64,000 nt of DNA from Octopus vulgaris (taxonomy: Eukaryota), in assembly GCA_951406725.2 (NCBI GenBank), contig OX597820.1:1302001-1366000 (forward strand), in the 5' to 3' direction. Made by a program: the position numbers and the translations under genes. Below the pieces are notes generated by a model, which was not told where the DNA came from, did no database searches, and worked only from the letters and a program-made list of their open reading frames with translations. How positions within the stretch are numbered: position 1 is the first letter of the stretch; every line of letters begins with the position of its first letter. Of the stretch, positions 12,161-25,149 are shown piece after piece.

Positions 12161-13094
12161 ACTCTAATGAATCAGCCATGATGAGATGTTATTTATTGGT
12201 CCAAAAAAAAAAAAAAAAAAGAAGGAAGTTTAAATTGACCTGAGCAGAATTTGAACACAGGATGTACAGCATCAGAACAAATATCCCAAGGTGATCTATC
12301 CAATGCTCTAAAGACTCTTCTACTTCACCACCTACCTCACAGACTCATACCTGTGATGTTGGTCCCACATTCTGAAATAGTTGTGGTGATGATGATGATG
12401 TTTATACTTTCATATCAAGTTACAATACTGAGAAAATTATGATTTCCCTGGACTAACAAGCTATTAAAGCAGCTGCTGACAAGGGGTGGATTGTAACCCA
12501 AAATGAAGGGGCATATTGGACAATGCTTAAGAATGAAGTACAATATTTCCTCTTCTTATGTTTGAGTCCTAAGGACGCATAAGGTCATTTTGCTGGTTTC
12601 CATGGCATAGAAGAGTCCAGGATTACAACATTCCCTCTGAACAGCACACTGGTCCATTACAGGGGTCAAGGTCAGTAATTCTGAGTGGAGGGGCTGGGTC
12701 GATTACATTGACCCCTTCAGTATTAACCAGTACTTTATTTTTATTATTCCTGAAGAGCTCAGAATATAAAGAGCTGGGGAAAATGCTGCTAAGCATTTTG
12801 TCCAGCATGCTAATCAGTGTGTCAGCTTAGGCCACTCTGGAGTGCAACACTGCATGGTAACAAAACATGGATATTGAATGTAGCAGATGAGAGGAGTTTG
12901 GGAAAAAATGAGTGAGAATGCTCTGCTTGATGTGTAATGTGATTTGAATCAAACAACAAAGCAGAAATGTGCAGAAAGAAGGATTGAGATTTCCTCAATT
13001 TCTGAACATTACTCTTAAATTTTTACAGATGATTGAAAATAGGTTAAAATGAAAAAAATAATTATTAAAACTCTTTTACAAGTAGAAATGGAAA

Positions 13095-13199
13095 TACTCA
13101 GTGTCCTATAAATAGGACACTGGGACAATGTGATTACAGCTTATTTTAAGGCTCTCATTTAGTGTCCTATTTATAGGACAGTGGGACTTAATGGGTTAA
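13095..13199. mobile_element. piggyBac-like terminal fragment
   Basis: Two palindromic subterminal repeats gtgtcctatWWataggaca; the segment ends ...atGGG-TTAA. Confidence 0.5.
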
Positions 13200-14715
13200 G
13201 AGGAACCAAATGTAGGGAGCAAGAAAGGAGTCAGATGTAGGGAGCAAGAGAAGAGTCATGTGTAGGGTGTAAGAGAGGTGTTGGTAGCAGTACCTGAAAG
13301 ACATGCGAAAAGATCAAACTAGAAGGAACTTGAGGAAGATGGAGACTGAGGAAGATAAGAAGAGAAGAGGTGAGAAATGATCTCAGGATGCTGAACCTGA
13401 TGAAGGAGATGATGAAGAACCACAGTAGACAGAGGCAAATGATGTAATGGAAAAGACCAGTTCAACCTCTACAATCATGGAAAATGGGTGTAAAACAAGA
13501 TGATGGTGGTGGTGGTGGTGGTGATAACAATGACTTTCATATTGATGATGATGATAGTAGTGGTCATGATGATGGTGATGATGATGACATTGATGATGGT
13601 GATGACGATGATGATGATGATGACGATGATAAAAGTGGAAATTTAAAAATAAGTTTCAGTATAAAAGCTTTCTCTTGAAATACTTAACTGGTTGGCTGAA
13701 TGAGTTTGATGAGTGGAGGTGGGTGGGGGGAGTGAGTGACGTGAGGGAATTGTTAATTGTGGGTTAAACAAGATGAAGGGGGTGGGGTCTGGGGGGTTAG
13801 GGTTAGAGTAGCAGAGTGTATGTGAGATGTTAGGATGATGGAATGTGATGTCAGTGTAGTGGTGTGTGAAGTGAATGGGGTAGAATGGGGTTGGCGTGAG
13901 GGTGGGGGTAGGGGTGATGACAGAGAGGGGGGAGGTTGAGGTGATTTGGTGGGAGGAAGTAGAAAATCTGTAGGAGATTAGATAGGGAGAGAGATAGAGA
14001 GGAGGGATGGGAGAGGCAAAGAGGAGAGGAAGATGAGGGTGAGCGAGGGTGGGGAGAGGAGAGGGGGAGAGGAAAGGGGAGACAGAAGGTGTAAACACCA
14101 CTGACAGGGGGATAAGTAGACAGAGACAGAGAGGAAGGAAGAAAGTAAGAGACAATCTAAACGAGTGGGTATTAATTAGTAAGTGGAACAAAATGTTAAT
14201 TAAATTTAATTATATTTTCTTATTGATCTAGTGGCCATTTTGTTTAGTTCTTTTGTTACCTGTCCAGTCACTAAGAGTAAAATTAATATCTAGGTTAAAA
14301 TACAACCTCCCACCCCCATCTCACCCCCACCATCACCCCTGCCCACCCCACTCATCAAATAAGGGTGAGATAAGGAAGAAATACCAGGAATTCCAGCAGA
14401 GATAACAGAGTGAAATTTAAGCTACTGTTCAGTTTATTAAGAACAAGTTATACAATCTTTAAACAAGAAGAATTACTTAAGTCTTGGAGGGTGGAACAGA
14501 TGGTGCCTTTGTAATTTAAGAGAATTACAACATGGTACCACATGGGTACTGCACACTGCACTACTGCTATATATAAACCTTGGCTGATTTGTACATATTT
14601 GTACTGACATATATCCAGCAATATACATGCCTGTATATACACACAGGTATGTGTCATTTGTTTATATATACATACACACAGGGACACACACATGCATACA
14701 TACACTCACACACAT

Positions 14716-14900
14716 AATTCAAATTGTACAAAAAGACAAAAGGCAGAGACAGGTAAGGGAACAACAAGCAGGTGTATTAGTTAAATGCTCAGAAAAAAAT
14801 AGAAGAGGCTTTGACATTTTGAGCGTATCCTCTTCAACAGAAAAGAAAGAGGAGTGAAAACAGATGGAGAAAGGGGAAAAAAGTAGATAAAAAAATAGAT
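14716..14900 (-). mobile_element. Short HHR-family element (degenerate copy of 60870-61027)
   Basis: Shares gacagg..gaacaacaagcaggtgtattagtt. Minus strand reads CTGTTGA-A-GAGG-ATAC-GCTC-AAAAT-GTC-AAAG. Confidence 0.75.
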
Positions 14901-15081
14901 AGATAAACATATCTGGATTGACACTTATATACCTACATATATATATATGTAGTTTATAGATTAGAGACAGGTGGACTCTGTGTAGAATAAACTCCATAGT
15001 GCTCGAGAGATTGAGCAGGTAGAGAAGCAAAGGTAAAGACAAACAAGTTAGGTAAGTCAATTTACACAGAATATTAAATGC

Positions 15082-15390
15082 ATCATCATCATCATCGTTT
15101 AACGTCCGTTTTCCATGCTGGCATGGGTTGGACGGTTTGACTGAGGTCTGGAGAGCCAGAAGGCTGCACCAGGCTCCAGTCTGATCTGGTAATGTTTCTA
15201 CAGTTGGATGCCCTTCCTAACACCAACCACTCTGAGAGTGTTGTGGGTGCTTTTTACATGCCACCAACACAGAAGCCAGTCATTGGGTACTGGCATCGGC
15301 CACATTTGGATGGTGCTTTTTACATGCCACTGACATGGGAGCCAGTCAGGGGGTACTAGCATCGGCCTAAGGGGGTACTGGCATCAGCCA
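15082..15390 (-). mobile_element. Retroposon family C
   Basis: (ATC)n followed by gtttaacgtccgttttccatgc...ggatgcccttcctaacaccaaccac. Confidence 0.85.
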
Positions 15391-15394
15391 TACT

Positions 15395-15721
15395 GACATA
15401 CGTTTAATACAAAAAATGTACATATGTATGCATATAAAATAGAGCAACTTACACAGAATATAAATGATATCAGGAGTTAAATGGGTTGAGTTCCATCTTT
15501 AAACTCTGTCCTGTCAACACCTCAAATGAAGAATTCTACCCTGAAGATGGAGGTGGTGTTATCCGATAATGGAACCAAGGAGCTATCGTTATTCCAGACC
15601 ACCAAACCCCTAGAAACAGGTAAACTCAATCCATTTAAATCCTGATACCATTTACATTCTGTGTAAGTCAGACTGTTTCATAGTCAGACAGAGACACACT
15701 TTTTGTATTAAATGTATTGTC
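15395..15721 (+). mobile_element. Fold-back element with a central HHR-like motif (long stem II)
   Basis: Arms 15448-15492 / 15623-15667, with outer arms 15395-15419 / 15696-15721. Centre TACC-CTGAAGA(15541)...GGTGGT/ACCACC...GAAAC(15613)A-GGTA. Confidence 0.7.
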
Positions 15722-15968
15722 TAAATCGTTTGTTCTCACATTTATTCCTATATATATATATATAACATAAATAATATATGTATCTATGCATATATACATA
15801 CATACGTGTACATACCTACATACATATGTATATATACATGCATATATGGGTACAGGACGTCAAACAAAAGAGAAGATGAAAAACAAAAACATGGAAAATG
15901 AACTTTTTTTTCAAACAACGAAAGAAACAAATATAGAAACGAGACAGGCCAACATAAAGGACAATCCC

Positions 15969-16081
15969 TTTGTCAGTTGTCCCCTTCGTCAGTTGTCCCC
16001 TTCGTCAGTTGTCCCCTTCGTCAGTTGTCCCCTTCGTCAGTTGTCCCCTTCGTCAGTTGTCCCCTTCGTCAGTTGTCCCCT
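15969..16081. repeat. 16-bp tandem repeat x7 (gtcagttgtccccttc) inside an element related to 50228-50495
   Basis: Read directly. The host starts catatatgggtacaggacgtc (15841), the motif that begins both arms of 50228-50495. Confidence 0.9.
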
Positions 16082-16099
16082 GTTTTATCTACTCTCTGT

Positions 16100-16293
16100 T
16101 CGCCAGCCTCGTCTGGCACCTGTGTCGGTGGCACATAAAAAGCACCCACTACACTCATGGAGTGGTTGGCGTTAGGAAGGGCATCCAGCTGTAGAAACTC
16201 TGCCAGATCTGACTGGCCTGGTGCAGCCTTCGGGCTTCCCAGACCTCAGTTGAACCTTCCAACCCATGCTAGCATGGAAAGCAGACGTTAAAC

Positions 16294-16347
<54 letters not shown>
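16100..16347 (+). mobile_element. Retroposon family C
   Basis: Consensus match plus (GAT)n. Confidence 0.85.
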
Positions 16348-16494
16348 ACATATGTATCTATATGATAGGCTTCTGCACATTTTCTGTTAATAAATTTTAC
16401 TCGAAACCTCATGACTATAATAGAAGACTGTTGCCCAGGGTGTCACAGAGAGATAGAACTCAAAACCACAGGTTTACAAAGCAAACTCTATGTC

Positions 16495-16890
16495 CTTTTC
16501 TACTCTAGGCACAAGGCCCGAAATTTTGGGGGAGGGGACCAGTCGATTAGATCAACCCCAGTACGCAACTGGTACTCAATTTATCAATCCCGAAAGGATG
16601 AAAGGAAAAGTTGACCTCAGCAGAATTTGAACTCAGAAAGTAAAGACAGACGAAATACCTATTTCTTTACTACTCACAAGGGGTTAAACACAGAGGGGAC
16701 AAACAAGGACAGACAAATGGATTAAGTCGATTGCATCGACCCCAGTGCGTAACTGGTACTTATTTAATCGAAAGGATGAAAGGCAAAGTCGACCTCGGTG
16801 GAATTTGAACTCAGAACATAAAGACAGACAAAATACTGTTAAGCATTTCACCCGGTGTGTTAACGTTTCTGCCAGCTCACCACCTTAAAG
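16495..16890 (-). mobile_element. SINE family B dimer
   Basis: Same organisation as 6535-6960. Confidence 0.9.
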
Positions 16891-16918
16891 CAAACTCTAT
16901 ATTCATACAATACATGTG

Positions 16919-16949
<31 letters not shown>

Positions 16950-18287
16950 AGATGAGCAGTTGGGAGCAGGGAGAGGGCTCACTACCAAATTTTTGACACT
17001 GGAGTGGCTTTTGATTGACAAATGGAGAATAACAGAAAAAAGGTTGTGAGAAATGGTGCAATGAAAGATTCAAAAGTGGAATCTGGAACAAACTATTGAG
17101 ACACCCACACCCACACCCACACACCCACACCCACACACCCACACACCCACACCCACACCCACACACCCACACAGTTCTAAAGGTGGGAGATCACAATATC
17201 GTCAAATCCAGACTGAATATCATAAACCCTTTTATTTGCAGAAATCAGATACAGCCACGGAAAATTTCATCCCCCTTAACTGTGGAAGGCAGTTTTATAT
17301 TCCAATCTATCTTCACTTGAGAATGTTTCAAACAATTTTCAATGGAAAATATTTTGAAATTAATTTCTACAGTAATATATCAAGTTTATTGAAGCAAAGT
17401 CATTTTCAAAAAATACCAATTCTATTTTTTCCAGATATTTAACACACCATAACTGGAATAACAGTGAAATTTAATTTCACTTTTTAAGCCCAAAATTTTG
17501 TGGGGAGGGAGCCAGTCGATTAGATTGATCCCAGTATGCAACTGGTACTTAATTTATCAACCTCGAAAGGATGAAGGGCAGAATTTGAACTCAAAACAAA
17601 GACAGACGAAATATCGCTAAGCATTTCGACCGGCGTTTAACGATTCTACCTGCACGCTACCTTACTAGATTGGTAAATAATATTGGTTTTAAGAATATTG
17701 TTTAGAAGAAGAGCTACCAAGAACAACCAAGAGGTTGCTGAGAAAGCACCTTTATGGGTCTTGTTGGGGGTCAGTAAAATGCTGCTTAGACACAGGTCTA
17801 TCCACATTACCCTCTAAGGAGCATAGGGGTCATTTTCTCGGTTTCTCCAGCAGATATATTCCTCCTTGGACATGAAACCAGTCTGTTGCAGGATTACTCT
17901 TTTTTGCTAGCTGAGTGGACTGGAGCAACATGAAATGAAGTGTCTTGCTCAAGGACACAATGCATCACCTGGTCCAGGAATAGAAACCACTATCTTAGAA
18001 TCATGACTGCAACACTCCTTACCACTAAGCCATGCACCTCCGTATGACACTTAGACACAGGCTTAAGGGTGATCAACCTGGGTTGTATTGCATGGAAGAA
18101 ATGGGGTTTAAGGGCAAAAACACCCAGTGACCCCAGATCCCAGAATACAATGCTGGTGAAATGTCTGGGTATTGTATCTGTAGATGTATGTTGAACTAAA
18201 AATAAATGGAGTTCATTAACAGTTTTATTCCTTTATCAAGCTAATAACATCAATGATATATACGTATATATATATATATATACAGTG

Positions 18288-18590
18288 GAGGTACAATGCC
18301 TAGTGGTTAGGGCAGTGGACTCGTGGTCATAGGGTCGTGGTTTCAACTCCCAGACCGGGTGCTGTGAGTGTTTGGGTGTAAACACATAAAGCTCCACTAG
18401 GCTCTGGCAAGGGGTGGTGGCGAACCCTGCTGTACTCTTTCTCTCACTCTTTCTTCCTGTCTCTGTTGTACCTGTATTTCAAAGGGTCAACCTTGTCACA
18501 CTGGATCTCCCTGAGAACTACATTAAGAGTACATGTGTCTGTGGAGTGCTCAGCCACTTGCATGTTAATTTCATGAACCGATGAAGTGCC

Positions 18591-18592
<2 letters not shown>
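18288..18592 (+). mobile_element. tRNA-derived SINE family D
   Basis: Head gcctagtggttagggcag..ggtttcaactccc; body ctccctgagaactacattaag..ggagtgctcagccacttgc; homologous to 32860-33211 and 58225-58467. Confidence 0.8.
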
Positions 18593-18642
<50 letters not shown>

Positions 18643-18799
18643 CATACATACACACACACATATATATACATATATATACATTACCGTCCAACCCATGCTA
18701 GCATGGAAAACGGACGTTAAACAATGATGATGATGATGATGATGATGATATATATATATATATACAATTATAAATAAGAGCAAAAAGAAAAAGTTTCTT

Positions 18800-19800
18800 G
18801 GCCAATATGCTGAAAAATGGATGCTAAATCCTCTAACCACATAAAATAGTTTCACTTGTCTTGTTACACCACATGTAATATACACATAGCCCAGTTTTCG
18901 TCCCAATGCACTTTGTTGCACATGCTTACTGACCATACTGCACATCCAACTGACCATACTAGCTCCATTCTTTTCTACTCTTTGCATATCCACGACATTC
19001 AAGGCCCATGTTTCATTGCCATGTGGTATTGCTGTTCATACACAAGCATCATAAAATCTATGTTTCACTCCAAGATAGAGGCATTTTCTTACCAACAGAG
19101 GCAATAGTTTTCGGAACTTTCTCCATCCTGTTCTTATTCTAGCAACTATGCTTTCAGAACATCCTCCCACTCTGCTAATTAGGTCACCTAGGTAACGAAA
19201 GCTATCTACAACCTCTAGCAAATCCTCATGGGTGTTTGAGCAAATCTGTTTCCCACATGTTCCTAGTGTTTATTGGTTGTATGCATCTACCACAAACTTC
19301 ACTCTCTTCATTAACCCTCTTGTGATTCCTCTGCCCTTCTTCTGTGTCCATAGTTTGCATTGAGTACACCATATGGAACCTCTACCAACACTTTTACATA
19401 TCTAACAGGGCCACTTTCCTGAGAGGTGGATCATTCTGTTTGTCTTCTTGCTGACTAAAATTTTAGTCTTTGCTACATTTACTTTAAGGCCTTTTGGTCC
19501 CTGGTTTTGCTTCTACACCTGAAATTTCTTTTCTAATTCTACAAAAGATTCAGCAAAAAGAACAAGGTCACCACTGAAGAAGAATTCCCATGGGGCCCTG
19601 GTCTCAAACTTCTCTGTTATAGCCTAGAAGACTATGATGGAAAACAAGGGACTGAAAACCAAGCCCTGGTGGACACTTATTGTGCACTAAATCTGTTGCT
19701 GCACTCATTGCCGACTCTTATCTCACTGTCAGGATCCTGGTTTCAGGAGGAACTTCATATAGGATCAGGGGCAAGGGGCAATGTTTCTCCTTGTACATAC
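18800..19800 (-). mobile_element. Degenerate RTE-clade LINE reverse transcriptase fragment
   Basis: VHQGLVFSPLF..APWEFFFSGDLVL (QGSVLSP/YADD), a Cys-rich insert KWPC*ICKSVGRGSIWCTQCKLW, LEVVDSFRYLGD..ARIRTGWRKFRKLLPLL and HGNETWAL; contains stops and frameshifts. Confidence 0.9.
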
Positions 19801-20127
19801 AATGCTATAACAAACTACACACATATAAATAACATATCGAGATATAAAATTAACAGTTAAACATCTACACAGACACGCATATACGCACGCACACACACAC
19901 ACACACACACACGCACAGAGGGATACATACACACACAGTAACATCCCGACATGAACCTACAATTGCTCTCATTTCAAAACCACCCACACATATGCACAGA
20001 TATTGACTTCTTGCATAATGAAGACAAAGAGGTGTACACACTAACACAAATACATACAAAATTCATACACAGAATAGAACCAGACACTGAGTCTGGCTTT
20101 ACTGACGTCTAAATAAAAGAGTATTAA

Positions 20128-20184
<57 letters not shown>

Positions 20185-20799
20185 AATGCAGACTTGAAAA
20201 GAGAAGACCAACACACTAAAAATAAATTTTAAAAAGAGAGTGGTGATAGGAAAAAAAAAAGTTTTGAAAATTACAGCTCTGAAAAAATAACGAGTGTAAT
20301 TAAAATAACATGAAATGGATAAAAATAGATGAGCAGAAATAACAGTCAAATCTCTCTAAATCACACCCTTCCATCTTACAAAAAAATGGGACACATTGGA
20401 TTGGATGATACTGAGTTGTGTGAACCCATGAAAAAAGGGGGAATCTCTTTGATAGATTTCTTTCAATCAGGATTGTTCTGCAACTGAACAATACTGGCAA
20501 TGATTGTATGGAAGAACATAAGGCAAAAAAATCTTTATTTCATCTAGTTATTTCATTCATCTATATTCTTTCACATATCATTTAGTTTTTGCAGTCACTG
20601 GACTGCGGCCAAGCTGGAGCACTGTTGTAAAGAATTTTTAGTTAATTGAATTGATCCAGTATTTATTTGTTTACACTTTGGGTAAACAGAATTTTTTAAA
20701 GACACTTTCTCAAGGTACCACACAGTGGGACTGAACCTGAAACCATATGGCTGGGAAGCACATCTCTAGCCACACAGCCATATATGTGCCTATCTGCAT

Positions 20800-21555
20800 T
20801 GCCTTACTGGCACTTGTGCTGGTGGCACGTGAAAAAACATTCGAGTGAGGTCGTTGCCAGTGCTGTTGGACTGGCTCCTGTGCAGGTGACACATAAAAAA
20901 CACCATTTGAGTGTGGCTGTTGCCAGTACCCCCAAACTGGCCCTCATGCCAGTGGCACGTAAAAGCACCCACTACACTACCAGAGTGGTTGGCATTAGGA
21001 AGGGCATTCAGCGGTAGAAACTCTGCCAGATCAGATCGGAGTCTGGTGCAGCCATCTGGTTCGCCAGTCCTCAGTCAAATTGTCCAACCCATGCTAGCAT
21101 GGAAAGTGGACGTTAAACGATGATGATGATACATATATATATATATATATGGTTCCGCATAAAAAGCACTGGTACTGGTGCAGATGCTGGTGCCAGTACA
21201 CTCTCGGAGTGGTTGCTGTTAGGAAGGGCATCCAGCTGTAGAAACCATGCCAAAACAGACAGTGGAACCTGTTGCTAAGCCTGGCTTTACCAGCCCCTGA
21301 CAAATCATCCTCGTCCAACCCATGCCAGCTTGGAAACAGATGTAAAATGATGATAATGTTGATGATATATATATCATCATCATCAGCATCATCATCGTTT
21401 AACATCCGCTTTCCATGCTAGCATGGATGATTTGACTGAGGGCTGGCGAACCAGATGGCTGCACCAGGCTCCAATCTTGATCTGGCAAAGTTTCTACAGT
21501 TGGATGCACTTCCTAATACCAACCACTCCGAGATTGTAATGTGTGCTTTTCAAGT
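20800..21555. mobile_element. Cluster of family C copies (+ 20800-21130, + 21195-21360, - 21375-21555)
   Basis: Consensus matches in both orientations. Confidence 0.85.
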
Positions 21556-21588
21556 GACCCGATCTGAGATAGTGTGCTGAAACGAAAT

Positions 21589-21866
21589 CAATCGCAGCGT
21601 GGACGGTGTTTATAAGCCATTTAAAAAGCACACAAAAACCGTTAGATTCACTTCAACATTTAAATTTCATTTGCTAAAATATTTTCTTTGAGACCGCGAC
21701 CTGTTCACTGACAAAATTCCATGCAGCACAGAATTTTGTCAGTGTACAAGTCACGGTTGCAAAGCAACGAAAATATTTTGACAAATTAAATTTTAAATGT
21801 TGAAGTGAATCTAACGGGTTTTGTGTGTTTTTAAATGGCTTATAAACACCTTCTATGCTGCAATTG
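21589..21866. mobile_element. Fold-back element with ~130-bp arms
   Basis: Arms 21589-21719 / 21731-21866; contains a GTTGC-aaa-GCAAC-GAAA hairpin. Confidence 0.85.
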
Positions 21867-22269
21867 TTTATATATCATCATCATCATCGTTTAACGTCTG
21901 CTTTCCATGCTGGCATGAGTTGGAGTGTTTGAGTGAGGGCTGGCAAGCCAGAAGGCTGCACCAGCCCCTGACAAATCATTTGATGAAAACAATTTAATAG
22001 GAGAGTGAAGGAGAGAGAAAGAGGGAGAGAAGAGAGTTGCAAGGATAGAAACTGAGGCTAAGAGTGAGGGAGAGAAAATTAGAAGTTATAGAGAAAGACT
22101 AATAAGATATATAGGGAGTAAAGAGAGGTGGAAGAGAAGGAGGAGAAGATGCTAAAAAGAAAATGCTATGGAAAAGTATAAGAGGGGAAAATGAAGAAAT
22201 GAGAGGAAGAGAAGGGGTAAGAAAAAAGCAAAAAGTTTGTAATTGTATTTTTAAAACCAACTAAATAGA

Positions 22270-22310
<41 letters not shown>

Positions 22311-22889
22311 TGAGTGAGTGAGTGAGGGGGAGGGGGGGCTTACACTCCTTTTTTTACTTCTGGCATTTTGGCAGGTAAGATTTTTGTCTTATTTGGACAG
22401 AAGCTTATTCACAATAAATGTTGTTATTTGATACTTTGCTTATTTCCAAACTATGAAACGAAGATGATGCTGCTTAATTAACAACTGTTTAATGTAATTA
22501 GCAAATGATGACTGGCTCCTGATAAATATTTGAAAATGATATCATCTGGGTATTTTTTCACCCACATCTCAGACAAACCGGTTTTTTTTTTCACAAGTAG
22601 AGAAAAACCTCCAAGCAAGTCCCTTATTCCCTAACTACAAATACATTTAAGGGGATCAAAATGGGAAGTGGGAGAGGGAGTTATGTGGTCATTTGAATTG
22701 CTGGAAACAGCAACCAAATCACCCTCATATCACACCCAACTGTCTTAATAAAGGATGTGTGAGGTAGTGTGGTCTTGGGTTTCTAGCACAAGATGGAAAG
22801 GGTGAGGTGGTCACCATTCAGATACCTTTGATCATGGGTCTGACCCCTCAAGGATGAACTGGGTTTCAACAACAACAACAACACATTCT

Positions 22890-23260
22890 GTTTTCTTTTA
22901 CTTGTTTCAGTCATTTGACTGTGGCCTAGCTGGAGCACCGCCTTTAGTCACACAAGTTGACCCCAGGACTTATTCTTTGTAAACTTAGTACTGATGTTAT
23001 CAGTCTCTTTTGCTGAACCACTAAGTTACGGGGACAAAAACACACCAACATTAGTAGGAGGACAAACACAGCACACAAACATATACATACATATATATAT
23101 ATATATACGATGGGCTTCTTTCAGTTTCTGTCTCCCAAATCCACTCACAAGGCTTTGGTTGGCCCAAGGCTATAGTAGAAAACACTTGCCCAAGGTACCA
23201 TGCAGTGGGACTGAACCCAGAACCATGTGGTTGGGAAGCAAGTTTCTTACTACACAGCCA
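22890..23260 (-). mobile_element. SINE family A
   Basis: Reverse complement of the consensus. Confidence 0.85.
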
Positions 23261-24596
23261 TGAAGGATGAAATATTCCAACTCTGCATCTGAAGAATTAA
23301 CACACACATCTTGCAAGATATACACTACTGTAGCTCTATATATAATTAGAGGATGCGTAAACCTCATCAAGGGATGGTTCCATCCAAATGTGCCTCTTTT
23401 CTCCTCTGATGATATTCTGCTCATGTCACATTAATATAAATTGATTGTTTATTGAACATTAATTGAAACAGCTGTAAGATGACCAATTTGCTGTTAATAA
23501 TAAACAATCATTAACTTCCTAATCTCCATTTTCTTTTCTTCTTTTAAATGTATATATACGATATACGTGTGTGTGTGAGTGTGTTAATGGCATGACAGTG
23601 TTTGATGTTTTGAATCAGAGCTAATTAAAATGTGAACTGTTAACGATTCTAAATATCCTGCAGACAACATGATCTCTACATACAGTTAGTTTGGAGAAAG
23701 AAATTAAACTAAGAAACACATTAAACTTGAAACACGAACATCAATGAACCGATCCACAGGAACTTCTCTTCAAAGACAATGTATCACATCCCAGCACTGC
23801 ATTTCTTCAATGCTGTTACCATGGACACAGATATTACTGTCTCAAGCGCTAGAACTCATAGGGCTAATTTCCTGGTTTCCATGACACCTAAGTGACCGAA
23901 ATCACAAAAGAATGCCATTCTGTTTCAGGGTTAGCCATTTACAGCTGAGTGAACTGAAGTGATGCGAAATGAAATGCATGGCTCAGGAACAGAATGCTCT
24001 GCCTGGTTCAAGTATTGAAACCAGGATCTTGCAAGCATGAGTATAACACCCAAACCACTAGCCCTCACTTCTTCACTGTTACCATATTTGAGTAATGATA
24101 TTCCAGCAGTGATGGTCACACACAAGATTTTTGTGTCCTCAACCATTCAACAGAACCAGGCTGCACATTTGTGCTCTCTGGATTCTGTCAGTTAAGATTT
24201 GCTTCTTAAAACTCAGTCGTCACTACCATCTGAAATAGGGAGAATATTTTCTTTGGCATGAAGTATCTTCTACTTCCCCACATGTTAAGACCAACTACTG
24301 TGTCACTGTCAGTGGGTGGAGCACTACATAATTGACTAGTGTTTTTGTTACCTCACTCTGCTAAGGTTACATCTTAACATATAGAATATGAAAGGAAAAG
24401 GTAAATATTAAAAGTAATTTGGTACAACTGACTCCAGACTTAAAATACTGGCACCCAATTTATTCTTGTGCAGTTATAGGAACAATCAATCAGTATTTAA
24501 GGTTGTATGTTTCATAAAATGCATTTGACATATTTATCATGAGTTTGTATTTGGTACAATTGACTTATGTCAATTAAAACCACTTTTCTTCTTCAG

Positions 24597-24679
24597 CTTT
24601 CGCTTTCTTCAACAACATCCAACAAATTTACAAGGATACTGGAATAAACAGTTTGGCTGACGTTGGATCAAACTTATGA
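24597..24679 (+). CDS. Candidate terminal coding exon of an unidentified gene (..FAFFNNIQQIYKDTGINSLADVGSNL*)
   Basis: Acceptor cacttttcttcttcag, non-repetitive sequence, a 26-codon phase-1 frame, then AT-rich sequence with AATAAA at ~24732 and ~24833. No homology recognised. Confidence 0.3.
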
Positions 24680-25149
24680 TTTGGAGAAATGTTTTTACTG
24701 ATACATCTGTAGAAAGTAGCATTTCTAGAAGAATAAACATAGATGTTAAAAGAAGGCTTCATCACAGCATAAGATAAGTGTCATTATTAAAAATTAGATT
24801 TGTGACTGAATTAAGTCATTGAAATCATCAATAATAAAAGAATTTAGAAAACCATATTTTGATAAAAAGATATTAAATTGGAATTTATAAGAATTTTTTA
24901 GATGATGTAGATTTTGATAATTGCTTCCTTTTAGTAAAAATTACACATCCAAACTAATTTATAAGCAATTTTCTTTATAACTTCATTGATATGGTATAGA
25001 TGTATCAAAGTAAGTGTCATAGAAATTAAAAGAACCTTCTCTCCACTCTAATTAGAGAGTGTTTCATTTTATAAAAGCTGATAGTAAGCTAATTTTGATA
25101 AGACTATCTGGAATTCGAGAATGGTAGAATAGAAGAATAAGGGAAGATT

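Noticed and set aside
13270-13680. Acidic protein-like stretch
   Set aside because: Multiple stops and (GAT)n microsatellite; no coherent exon.
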